Position numbers and translations under genes: made by a program. Shown piece by piece: positions 8,052 through 15,982 of a stretch of DNA of 64,000 nucleotides. The DNA comes from an uncultured Bifidobacteriaceae bacterium. Lineage in GTDB: Bacteria; Actinomycetota; Actinomycetes; S36-B12; CAIYMF01. The DNA is taken from positions 48-64,047 of the forward strand of contig CAYQMN010000013.1 of the NCBI GenBank assembly GCA_964418695.1, in the 5' to 3' direction. The notes beneath the pieces are model-generated. The model was not told where the DNA came from and did not search any database. It worked only from the letters and a program-made list of their open reading frames with translations. How positions within the stretch are numbered: the stretch's first letter is position 1; every line of letters starts with the position of its first letter.

Positions 8052-9101
8052 ATGACCGATCCGCGCGGGGCCCTGATGATCGCCGAGATCCAGGAGCAGC
8101 CCGACGCCCTGGCCAGACTCCTCACCGACTCCCAGCTGGACCAGATCCATGGGCTGGCCGAGACGATCCGCTCGCGCAACCCGCGCTTCGTCCTGCTCGC
8201 CGCCCGTGGCACCAGCGACCATGCCGCCCTCTACGCCAAGTACCTGGTGGAGGTGTCGCTGGGGCTGCCGGCGGGGTTGGCCTCGCCCTCGACCATGACC
8301 GCCTACGGCGCCCGCCCCGACCTGTCCGACGTGCTGCTGCTGACCGTCAGCCAGGGCGGCGCCTCGCCCGACCTGCTGGAGACCATGCACACCGCGCGGG
8401 CCGGTGGAGCGACCACCCTGGCGGTCAGCAACGACGCGTCGAGCACGCTGGCCCGTGAGTCCGAGCTGCACCTGGACGTGCTGGCCGGTGCCGAGCGCTC
8501 CGTCGCGGCCACCAAGTCCTACTCCAGCCAGCTGCTGGCCCTGTGGCTCGTGGTGGAGATGTACCGCGGCGGCGACGCCACGGCCAGCAAGGGCCTGCCC
8601 GAGGCCGCCGAAGATCTGGTCTCCCGGCGCGCGGAGGTGGCCGGGCTGGCCGCCCGCTACCGCTTCACCGACCGGCTGGTCACCACCGGGCGTGGCTACT
8701 CCTACCCGACGGCCCGCGAGGCCGCACTCAAGCTGATGGAGACCGCGTACGTCGCCGCTCACTCGTTCTCCGGCGCCGACCTGCTGCACGGGCCGCTGGC
8801 GATGATCGACCAGGACCACCCGGTCATCGCGGTCGTGCCCGACGGGCTGGGCGCCGAGGTGATGAAGCCGGTGCTCGACCGGCTGGCCGACCGGGGTGCG
8901 GACGTCGCGGTGTTCGGCGGGCACCAGTCGACCGGGCACGGGACCGTCGCGTTCGACCTGGGCGCCCCGCACATCACCGAGGAGCTGCACCCGGTCATCG
9001 ACATCATCCCGTTGCAGCTGCTCGCCCTGGAGATGACGCTGGCGCGCGGGTTCGACCCGGACACACCGCGCGGCCTGAGCAAGATCACCCGGACCCGCTA
9101 G
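8052..9101 (+). CDS. SIS-domain sugar-phosphate isomerase/aminotransferase-like protein (GlmS C-terminal-like; possible NagB-II type)
   Basis: Two SIS repeats are present (..LLAARGTSDHAALYAKY.., ..TVSQGGASPDLL.., ..TGRGYSYPTAREAALKLMETAY..). There is no glutaminase domain. Confidence 0.85.
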   Translation: MTDPRGALMIAEIQEQPDALARLLTDSQLDQIHGLAETIRSRNPRFVLLAARGTSDHAALYAKYLVEVSLGLPAGLASPSTMTAYGARPDLSDVLLLTVSQGGASPDLLETMHTARAGGATTLAVSNDASSTLARESELHLDVLAGAERSVAATKSYSSQLLALWLVVEMYRGGDATASKGLPEAAEDLVSRRAEVAGLAARYRFTDRLVTTGRGYSYPTAREAALKLMETAYVAAHSFSGADLLHGPLAMIDQDHPVIAVVPDGLGAEVMKPVLDRLADRGADVAVFGGHQSTGHGTVAFDLGAPHITEELHPVIDIIPLQLLALEMTLARGFDPDTPRGLSKITRTR

Positions 9102-9139
9102 CCCGGGCCTGGCCGGAGTCTGCGAGGGGGTGCCTGCTC

Positions 9140-10585
9140 GTGCGCACGCTGGCCGAGATCGCCGCGGACCGCACCGACCTGGATGCCGGGGCGGTCGCCC
9201 GCTGCGAGGCGCTGCTGCCTGACCTCGGCCTGCTGGCCGATCTCGCCTTCAGCGACCTGATCCTGTGGCTGCCCGTGTGGAACTCCGGGGGGTACGTCGC
9301 CGCCGCCCAGGTGCGGCCCTCGACCGCGGCCACCCGCTACCCCAAGGACGTGGTGGGGTCGTTCACCCCGCGCGGGCGCCGACCGGAGCTGGACCGGGCC
9401 TGGGCCGCCCCCGGCCTGGGCCAGTTGGCCCGCCGGACCGATCCGCTGCTGCCGGCCGCGGCGGAGGCCATCGGCGTCGGCGCCTCGGCGAACGGGCCCT
9501 GGCTGGCCGCCGTCACCCGCTCGGCGGTGCCGGCCAGCCGGGCGACGGGGAGCCTGGAGCGCGCCTACCTGCAGGCCGCCGACGACCTGTTCGCCATGAT
9601 CCGCAGCGGCGACTTCCCGTACCGGGACGCCGGCCCGCCGTCCAGCGCCGAGCCGCGCGCCGGCGACGGGATGATCCGGCTGGAGCCGGCCGGGTCGGTC
9701 ACCTTCGCCAGCCCGAACGCCTCGTCGGCGTTCCGCAACCTGGGGATGGCCACCGACCTGGTCGGCGCGCACCTCGGGCTGGTCAGCGGGCGGATCGCCC
9801 GGCGGGGCGGGGCGGTCGACGCCAGCGTGGGGCTGGTCTGCGGGGGGCGGATCGCCGGCGAGGTGGAGCTGGTCTCGGACACCGCGACGGTCACCGTCCG
9901 GTCGCTGCCGTTGCGTGGCGAGGGTCGGTCGCGCGGCTCGCTGGTCCTGGTCCGCGACGTCACCGAGCTGCGGCGCCGCGAGCGCGCCCTGCTCAGCAAG
10001 GACGCGACCATCCGCGAGATCCACCATCGGGTGAAGAACAACCTGCAGACCGTCGCCGCGCTGCTGCGCCTGCAGTCACGGCGCCTGGGTGACCCTGCCG
10101 CGGCGGCCGCACTGGCCGAGGCCGAGCGACGGGTCGGGGCCATCGCGGTTGTGCACGACCTGCTCGCGCAGGGGACCGCGGAAGACGAGGTCGCCTTCGA
10201 CGACGTCGCCGACCGGCTGGTCGCGATGGTCCGCCAGACCGCCGCGCCCGAGGTGGGCGACCGGCGGATCGTGCGGACGGGGGAGTTCGGAGCGGCCCCG
10301 GCGGAGCAGGCGACCGCGCTGTCGATGGTGCTGGCCGAGGTGCTGGCCAACGCGGTCGAGCACGGCGCCGGCGACGTGACCCTGGACAGCAGTCGGGACC
10401 TCGCCGGGCTGCACGTCGTGGTCAGCGACGCGGGCCCGGGGTTCCCGCCGGGATTCGACGTGGCCGGCTCGTCGCGGCTGGGCCTGCGGATCGTCGACAC
10501 CCTCGTGCGCGAGGAGCTGCGCGGCACCCTGACCCTGGGTCGTGCCGGGGACCGCACCCACGTGCGGATCGACCTCCCGGCCTGA
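9140..10585 (+). CDS. pdtaS: Sensor histidine kinase, PdtaS-like (GAF/PAS N-terminus, HisKA_2 + HATPase_c)
   Basis: GTG 9140 has GAGGGGG upstream. The H-box is REIHHRVKNNLQTVAALLRLQSRR. The ATPase motifs are NAVEHGAG and DAGPGFPPGFD. The order SIS-pdtaS-whiB1 resembles the mycobacterial Rv3220c/Rv3219 region. Confidence 0.85.
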   Translation: MRTLAEIAADRTDLDAGAVARCEALLPDLGLLADLAFSDLILWLPVWNSGGYVAAAQVRPSTAATRYPKDVVGSFTPRGRRPELDRAWAAPGLGQLARRTDPLLPAAAEAIGVGASANGPWLAAVTRSAVPASRATGSLERAYLQAADDLFAMIRSGDFPYRDAGPPSSAEPRAGDGMIRLEPAGSVTFASPNASSAFRNLGMATDLVGAHLGLVSGRIARRGGAVDASVGLVCGGRIAGEVELVSDTATVTVRSLPLRGEGRSRGSLVLVRDVTELRRRERALLSKDATIREIHHRVKNNLQTVAALLRLQSRRLGDPAAAAALAEAERRVGAIAVVHDLLAQGTAEDEVAFDDVADRLVAMVRQTAAPEVGDRRIVRTGEFGAAPAEQATALSMVLAEVLANAVEHGAGDVTLDSSRDLAGLHVVVSDAGPGFPPGFDVAGSSRLGLRIVDTLVREELRGTLTLGRAGDRTHVRIDLPA

Positions 10586-10592
10586 GCCGCCT

Positions 10593-10646
10593 CCCGGTGC
10601 AGTGCCGCATCCCGGTGCAGTGCCGCATCCCGGTGCGGTGCCGCGC
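10593..10646. repeat. 18-bp tandem repeat x3 (third copy degenerate)
   Basis: CCCGGTGCAGTGCCGCAT occurs twice, then CCCGGTGCGGTGCCGCGC. The repeat is intergenic, after pdtaS. Confidence 0.8.
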
Positions 10647-10660
10647 TGCCCTGGACGTGC

Positions 10661-10690
10661 CGATGCCCGCGCCTGGTGACGCGGGCATCG
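10661..10690. terminator. Bidirectional hairpin between convergent pdtaS and whiB1
   Basis: CGATGCCCGCG (10661-10671) pairs perfectly with CGCGGGCATCG (10680-10690) around an 8-nt loop. Confidence 0.55.
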
Positions 10691-10703
10691 GGAGTGTGGT
10701 GGA

Positions 10704-10979
10704 TCAGTGAGCGGCGCGGGCGCGGGCGCGGGCGTTGCGGCGCTTGAGGGCACGGCGCTCGTCCTCGCTCATCCCGCCCCAGACGCCGGCGTCCTGGTTG
10801 TGCTCGATGGCCCACTTGAGGCAGAGATCGATCACCTTGCAGGGGTCGCCGTCACGGCTGCCGGTGCAGACCGCGCGCGCCTCCTCGATCTGGGCCAGCG
10901 CCGGACCGGTGTTCCCGATCGGGAAGAACAGCTCGGGATCCTCGAGGTCCCGACACTTCGCGTTGTGGCGCCAATCCAT
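10704..10979 (-). CDS. whiB1: WhiB1/WblE-family Fe-S transcription factor
   Basis: The product is MDWRHNAKCRDLEDPELFFPIGNTGPALAQIEEARAVC...GVWGGMSEDERRALKRRNARARA, typical of WhiB1. I prefer ATG 10979 because AGAGG lies ~9 nt upstream; the track start at 10988 is a GTG within that SD. Confidence 0.9.
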   Translation of the reverse strand: MDWRHNAKCRDLEDPELFFPIGNTGPALAQIEEARAVCTGSRDGDPCKVIDLCLKWAIEHNQDAGVWGGMSEDERRALKRRNARARARAAH

Positions 10980-11265
10980 GATGCTCACCTCTTCTGCACC
11001 CGCAAGGTGCCTCTTCGCTACCGAAGGCTCGCGCGGACCGATTTCTCGGCCTGACTAGGGCTCCGGTAGGCTCATGCGTGCCGCGCGCGACCTACGGGTC
11101 GAGCGACGACAACCTGTGTCTGGTTCAAGGGTCGCAGACGTGCTGCGGTGTCACAAGAGATGTTCCCCGTGTGGCCCCATCGAACACTGTCGCGTGCGTC
11201 ACATTCCCCGCAGATTTCCCATTCCATCGGCCTTTCAGGGGACAGGAATGGGGGACGAGTGTCCC

Positions 11266-12225
11266 CTATCCGACGATTCGCAGCGCATTCGGGACCGCGC
11301 GGAACGTGATGTCGCTGACGCGGCCCATCCCGTCGCCGTCCAGCTGCAGGTCGGTCGGGGTCGTGGCGGTGATCCGCACCTCGGGGACGTCGTGCAGCAG
11401 GGTCAGGCGGCCCTCGACGCCGCCGGCACGGCTCCCGCGCAGCATCCGCAGGCCGAACCGGACCGTGCTGGGCACCCCCAGCGAGTGCGGCGCGAACACG
11501 TCCAGGCCCAGGTCGAACGACGCCCGCGGGCACGGGTTGATCGCCATCGGGCCGAAGAAGGTCCACGGGGCTGTGTTCTGCACGATCACCATCGCCAGCC
11601 CCTGCACCGGCTGCGCCCCGGGCCGGTGCAGGGTCAGCGCCGGCGCGGTCCGCTCCGTGTCGCGCAGGTACTCCCCGACCGCGGTGCGGATGTAGCGCAG
11701 AGGAGTGGCCGCATGCCCGTCCTCGCGCTGGCTCTCCATCGCCGCGATCACCCGGGCGTCCAGGCCCAGCCCGGCGTTGATCGTGAACCAGTGCGAGCGA
11801 CCCGCGCCTGCCTCGTCGGCGAACCGGGCGTTCGCCAGGCCGATCGTGTGGTGGCTGTCGCCGCGCAGCGACTCCAGGATCATGCCGGTGGCCTCGACGG
11901 CGTCGTTGGGGAACCCCAGGGCGCGGGCCATCACGTTGGCCGACCCGCCGGGGATCGCGGCCAGCATCGGCAGGTCGTCGCGGCCGGACTCGAGCAGGCC
12001 GTTGACCACCTCGTTGATCGTCCCGTCTCCGCCCAGCGTGATGAGCACGTCGAGGTCGCGCGCCTCGGCGGCCAGGGACTCGGCGTGCCCGCGGTGGGTG
12101 GTCGTGACGACCTCGAGGTCCATCGCCCGGTCCAGCGCCCGCGTGATGACGTCGCGGACCTGGGCGGTGGTGCTGGTGGCGTGGGGATTGGCGATCAGCA
12201 GACCCCGGCGCTCCATGGCCGACAC
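11266..12225 (-). CDS. Diacylglycerol/lipid kinase family protein
   Basis: Carries the LITLGGDGTINEVVNGLL catalytic-domain motif. It is syntenic with whiB1 as in mycobacteria (Rv3218-like). An alternative start is ATG 12216. Confidence 0.85.
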   Translation of the reverse strand: MSAMERRGLLIANPHATSTTAQVRDVITRALDRAMDLEVVTTTHRGHAESLAAEARDLDVLITLGGDGTINEVVNGLLESGRDDLPMLAAIPGGSANVMARALGFPNDAVEATGMILESLRGDSHHTIGLANARFADEAGAGRSHWFTINAGLGLDARVIAAMESQREDGHAATPLRYIRTAVGEYLRDTERTAPALTLHRPGAQPVQGLAMVIVQNTAPWTFFGPMAINPCPRASFDLGLDVFAPHSLGVPSTVRFGLRMLRGSRAGGVEGRLTLLHDVPEVRITATTPTDLQLDGDGMGRVSDITFRAVPNALRIVG

Positions 12226-12287
12226 TCTAGGGCGGGCGCCGCCGAGGGCCCGGGGTAGCGGCGCGGGTGGTTCCGTAGGCTTCGATC

Positions 12288-12674
12288 ATGCGCGACTCGA
12301 TCCGGCCGCTGGTCCTCATCGCCGGAGTGGAGGCGCTGGCCGGGCTGGCCGTGCTGACGGCGGTGATCGTCTCCGTCGTCGACGGCGGACTGCAGGGCGT
12401 GTCCGGGGTAGCCGCGAACCTGGCCGCCGTCGAGGTGGCCACCTGGGTCATCATCACCGCCGCCCTGTCCGCGATCTGGTGGGGCCTGCTGCGCCGGCGC
12501 CGGCTGGCCCGCACGCCGTTCGTGCTCGCCCAGCTCTTCGTCCTGGTGCTGCTGCCGCTCTTCTGGGGCTCGGACCTGCTGGCCTACCGGGTGGTCGCGG
12601 TGGTCGCCGCGGTGCTGGCAGTGGCCGGCATCGTGCTGGCCCTGCGCCCGGCCACCCGCGCGGCGCTCACCTGA
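12288..12674 (+). CDS. Integral membrane protein (4 predicted TM helices)
   Basis: The hydrophobic 128-aa ORF occupies the position equivalent to the mycobacterial Rv3217c-like membrane protein. Confidence 0.6.
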   Translation: MRDSIRPLVLIAGVEALAGLAVLTAVIVSVVDGGLQGVSGVAANLAAVEVATWVIITAALSAIWWGLLRRRRLARTPFVLAQLFVLVLLPLFWGSDLLAYRVVAVVAAVLAVAGIVLALRPATRAALT

Positions 12675-12737
12675 GCTCGCGTCACGACCGCGTCGTCGGA
12701 TCGGTTCCGCTGCGCCCACTCGTTCCGGGCAGCTGGG

Positions 12738-13781
12738 TCAGTCCGGTCCGTAGGCGGGGTGCTCGGCGAGCTGGCGCATCTCGGCCAGGGACCGGGCCAG
12801 TAGCCGGGAGACGTGCATCTGCGACATCCCCATGCGCTCGGCGATCTGGGCCTGGGTGAGGTTCTCGTAGAAGCGCATCTGCACGATCGTCCGCTCGCGC
12901 GGCGGCAGCGAGGCCAGCAGCGGGTTCACCGTGGCCCGGGCCTCCACCTCGGCGAGCTGGCCGTCCTCCTCGCCGAGAGTGTCGGCCAGCGACGTGCCGT
13001 CGTCGGACTCGTGCGCGGCGATGTCCAGGGAGAGTGCGGTGTACGCCTGCGCGGACTCCAGACCCTCCAGGATCGCGTCCTCGGTGACCCCCAGGTGCGC
13101 GGCCAGCTCGGCCACGGTCGGCGTGTGGCCGGTGCTCTGGCTGATCTCCTCGATGGCCCGGGTGATCTGCGCGCGCAGCTCCTGCAGCCGCCGGGGCACC
13201 CGGATGGCCCAGCCCTTGTCGCGGAAGTGCCGGCGGATCTCACCCAGGACGGTCGGCGTGGCGAACGTCGAGAAGGCCACCCCGCGGTCGGGGTCGAACC
13301 GGTCGGCCGCCTTGATGAGGCCGATCGTGGCGACCTGGACCAGGTCGTCCTGCGACTCCCCGCGGTCGCGGAACCGCCGGGCCAGGAAGGCGGCCATCGG
13401 CAGGTGCATCGTGACGATCTCGTCGCGGATCGCGGCCCGGCGCGGGTCGTCCTCGGGCAGCGAGGCCAGCTCGCGCAGCAGCGCGTCCTCGCGCTCCCGG
13501 TCCCGGCCGGAGCGCCCCGCCGGCCCGGCGCCCGGCCGATTCGCGTCGATGACCGCACCCCTGGGCGGCTCCGGCGCGGCGGCGAGCTGCTCGGCCGGTG
13601 CGTCGGACTCGTCGTGCCAGTCGACATGCAGGACCTCGTGCTCGCCATGAGTGGGGGTCGCGGCGTCGGAGGGCCCGGCGTTGGAGGGCCCGGCGTCGGA
13701 GGGCACGGCGTCGGAGGGCACGGCGTCGGAGGGCACGGCGTCGGAGGGCCCGGCGTCGGAGGGCAGCGTCTGGTCGCTCAC
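12738..13781 (-). CDS. sigF: Group 3 sigma factor of the SigB/SigF type with a repeat-containing N-terminal extension
   Basis: Region 2 reads DLVQVATIGLIKAADRFDPDRGVAFSTFATPTVLGEIRRHFRD. Region 4 reads TQAQIAERMGMSQMHVSRLLARSL. GTG 13781 overlaps the upstream gene's stop (GTGA). Confidence 0.85.
   Translation of the reverse strand: MSDQTLPSDAGPSDAVPSDAVPSDAVPSDAGPSNAGPSDAATPTHGEHEVLHVDWHDESDAPAEQLAAAPEPPRGAVIDANRPGAGPAGRSGRDREREDALLRELASLPEDDPRRAAIRDEIVTMHLPMAAFLARRFRDRGESQDDLVQVATIGLIKAADRFDPDRGVAFSTFATPTVLGEIRRHFRDKGWAIRVPRRLQELRAQITRAIEEISQSTGHTPTVAELAAHLGVTEDAILEGLESAQAYTALSLDIAAHESDDGTSLADTLGEEDGQLAEVEARATVNPLLASLPPRERTIVQMRFYENLTQAQIAERMGMSQMHVSRLLARSLAEMRQLAEHPAYGPD
13661..13765. repeat. 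15-bp tandem repeat x7 inside the sigF 5' region
   Basis: CGGCGTCGGAGGGC[C/A] occurs 7 times on the plus strand. On the coding strand it encodes (PSDA[G/V])n: PSDAGPSDAVPSDAVPSDAVPSDAGPSNAGPSDA. Confidence 0.9.
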
Positions 13782-14179
13782 GAGGGGTCCGAGGGCTCGG
13801 GCTGGGCGTGCAGCCGGATCGTCAGAATGCCCTGGGGGTCCAGGTCGACCGACACGTCCTCGACCAGCGCGGTCAGCACGGTCCAGGAGAACCCGTCGGT
13901 CGGCACCGTGCGGCCGTGCACGGTCGGGCAGCTCAGCGCGATGTCCAGGACGCGGTCGGCCAGGGGGGTGTAGCGCACCGAGAGGTCGGCACCGGGTGGG
14001 GCGTCGGCCAGCAGCAGCGCGGCCGCCTCGTCGACCGCGAGGCGGACGTCGTCGATGCGGTCGACCGGGAAGTCCAGGCGCGCGCACATGGCCGCGACCG
14101 TGACGCGCACCAGCACGACCGACGAGCTCGCGGCCGGGACGCGCAGCGTGACGGTCGGGTCGGGGTCCACGCGGGGCAC
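13778..14179 (-). CDS. rsbW: Anti-sigma factor (RsbW/UsfX-like)
   Basis: It lies immediately upstream of sigF and is translationally coupled to it. The segment ..AAMCARLDFPVDRIDDVRLAVDEAAALLL.. resembles the mycobacterial UsfX N-terminal helix. The start GTG 14179 is tentative. Confidence 0.7.
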   Translation of the reverse strand: MPRVDPDPTVTLRVPAASSSVVLVRVTVAAMCARLDFPVDRIDDVRLAVDEAAALLLADAPPGADLSVRYTPLADRVLDIALSCPTVHGRTVPTDGFSWTVLTALVEDVSVDLDPQGILTIRLHAQPEPSDPS

Positions 14180-14229
14180 GCTAGCCGAACCCCGGGTGCG
14201 CGGCGGCCCTGGCGCGGCGGTGCGGAGGG

Positions 14230-14976
14230 TCAGGAGGGCTCGTGCCCGGCCCGGATGGGGGCCTGGGCGCCGGCCTGGTCGGGGGTCTGCGCGCCGGCCT
14301 GGGCCTGGATGGCCGGCGCCGCCCGGGCTGCCAGCGCCGCCAGCTCCGGGCCGGTCACCCGGTGCACGGTCCACTCGTCCATCGGTCCGGCGCCGAGGGA
14401 GCGGTAGAAGCCGATCGCGTCGACGTTCCAGTCCAGGACCGACCACTCCAACCGGCCGTACCCGTGCTCGACGCACAGCGCGGCCAGCGTCGCCAGCAGC
14501 GTCCGGCCGTAGCCGCGCCCGCGGCAGGCGGGGGTGACGTACAGGTCCTCCAGATAGATGCCGGGGACGGCCAGCCAGGTGGAGGCGTTGCGGAACCAGA
14601 GGGCCAGCGCGGCCAGCCGGGGAGCGCCGGTGGCCGGGTCGTCGGGAGGGTCAGCGTCGATCACATGGCAGGCCGCGACCGGGCCCGGCAGCGGCCCGGA
14701 GCCGGACCCGAACAGCAGCGCGGTGAGCAGCTCGGGCGTGGCCACGACCTCGGGCAGCGCGCGCTCGTACTCGGCGAGCTCGCGGACCAGCCGGAGGATC
14801 TCCGGGACGTCGGCGGGCGTCGCCAGCCGCGGTCGCGGGACGGGATCGTCGGGGCTTGCCGGGGCACTCGGAGCCGCGGCGAGCGCGGGGGTTGCCGGGC
14901 CTGTGCCGGTGCCCGCAGACGCGACCGCGGGAGCCGGGACCGACCCGGCTCCCGCGGAGGACTGCGCGTCGCTCAC
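14230..14976 (-). CDS. GNAT family N-acetyltransferase
   Basis: The acetyl-CoA motif is YVTPACRGRGYGRTLLATL. GTG 14976 overlaps the sodN stop TGA 14973-14975 (GTGA). The ~50-aa Ala/Pro-rich N-terminus leaves the true start uncertain. Confidence 0.7.
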   Translation of the reverse strand: MSDAQSSAGAGSVPAPAVASAGTGTGPATPALAAAPSAPASPDDPVPRPRLATPADVPEILRLVRELAEYERALPEVVATPELLTALLFGSGSGPLPGPVAACHVIDADPPDDPATGAPRLAALALWFRNASTWLAVPGIYLEDLYVTPACRGRGYGRTLLATLAALCVEHGYGRLEWSVLDWNVDAIGFYRSLGAGPMDEWTVHRVTGPELAALAARAAPAIQAQAGAQTPDQAGAQAPIRAGHEPS

Positions 14977-15371
14977 GCCTTCTTGGTCTCCCAGAAGATG
15001 TCGGCGATCTCGTCGATCTTGGCCAGCAGCTTGTCGGCGACCTCGACGTCGTTCGAGCCCTTGGTCCCGCCCGCGCCCGCGAGCTTGGTGGCCTCGTTGA
15101 CCAGCGTGTGCAGCTGCGGGTACTTCTCGAAGTGCGGGGGCTTGAAGTAGTCGGTCCACAGCACCCAGAGGTGGTGCTTGACCAGCTCGGAGCGCTGCTC
15201 CTTGATGAGGATCGCGCGGGTGCGGAAGTCTGCGTCGTCCGACGCCGCGATCTTCTCAGCGATGGCCTTGACCGACTGGGCCTCGATGCGGGCCTGGGCC
15301 GGGTCGTAGACGCCGCAGGGCAGGTCGCAGTGTGCGTGGACGGTCTTGCGGGGGGCGAACAGCGATCGCAT
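14973..15371 (-). CDS. sodN: Nickel superoxide dismutase precursor
   Basis: ATG 15371 has AGGAGG upstream. A 13-aa leader MRSLFAPRKTVHA is followed by the Ni-hook HCDLPCGVYDP. Confidence 0.92.
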   Translation of the reverse strand: MRSLFAPRKTVHAHCDLPCGVYDPAQARIEAQSVKAIAEKIAASDDADFRTRAILIKEQRSELVKHHLWVLWTDYFKPPHFEKYPQLHTLVNEATKLAGAGGTKGSNDVEVADKLLAKIDEIADIFWETKKA

Positions 15372-15557
15372 GGGTCCTCCTGGGTTGCTGTCGAGGCTCG
15401 GGTCCGGCGGCGCGAGCGCCACGGCCGCAGCGTTTCACGGATGCCGTCGGCCCGCCAGGGCGGGTCCGGCAGTCGGGCGACCGGCGGCCGAGAGCGCTCA
15501 CTCGCTCGGGGGCGTCAGACTGGGCCGGTGTTCGGGTTGCGCAGGCCGGCGTCGTGG

Positions 15558-15875
15558 GTGCGGGGGGCGTCGTGGGTGCGGGGGATCGAGTACCTCACGG
15601 TCGCCGAATCGTCGATGGTCCCGACTCTGAACGAGGGCGACTGGGTGCTGGTGCTGCGCGGGGCGGACGTCGAGGAGGGCGACGTGGTCCTCCTGGAGCA
15701 CCCCCAGCGCCCAGGGATGCTGCTGGTCAAGCGGCTCGCGCTGATCGAGCCGGGGGGCTACTGGGTGGTGGGCGACGCACCGGAGGTCTCCACGGACTCG
15801 CGTCACTTCGGGACGGTCCCCGAGGTGCTGGGCAAGGTCGTCTGGCGGATTCGTCCCTGGGGCCCCGTGCGCTGA
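15558..15875 (+). CDS. sodX: Ni-SOD maturation protease (S26 signal-peptidase-like)
   Basis: The gene is divergent from sodN. It carries SSMVPTL (Ser) and LLVKRL (Lys) motifs and ..GDAPEVSTDSRHFG... The start could be GTG 15558 or GTG 15576; an 18-bp duplication creates both. Confidence 0.7.
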   Translation: MRGASWVRGIEYLTVAESSMVPTLNEGDWVLVLRGADVEEGDVVLLEHPQRPGMLLVKRLALIEPGGYWVVGDAPEVSTDSRHFGTVPEVLGKVVWRIRPWGPVR

Positions 15876-15920
15876 CCGCACCGCACCGCACCGCACCGCA
15901 CCGCACCGCACCGCACCGCC
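15876..15920. repeat. Pentanucleotide microsatellite (CCGCA)x8 plus one degenerate unit
   Basis: It starts at the base after the sodX stop codon. It is followed by a 16-bp direct repeat, GTCCCCGCCGGGCGCC x2. Confidence 0.9.
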
Positions 15921-15982
15921 CGCCCCCCGTCCCCGCCGGGCGCCGTCCCCGCCGGGCGCCTCCCAGCCGGCGCAATCTCGGA

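Noticed and set aside
6861-8990. N-terminal two-thirds of the 1088-aa minus-strand track ORF 5724..8990
   Set aside because: It is Arg/Gly/Pro-rich junk. It runs antisense to two well-supported plus-strand genes, the secreted protein 7080..7838 and the SIS protein 8052..9101. Only the last 378 codons (5724..6860) look like real protein.
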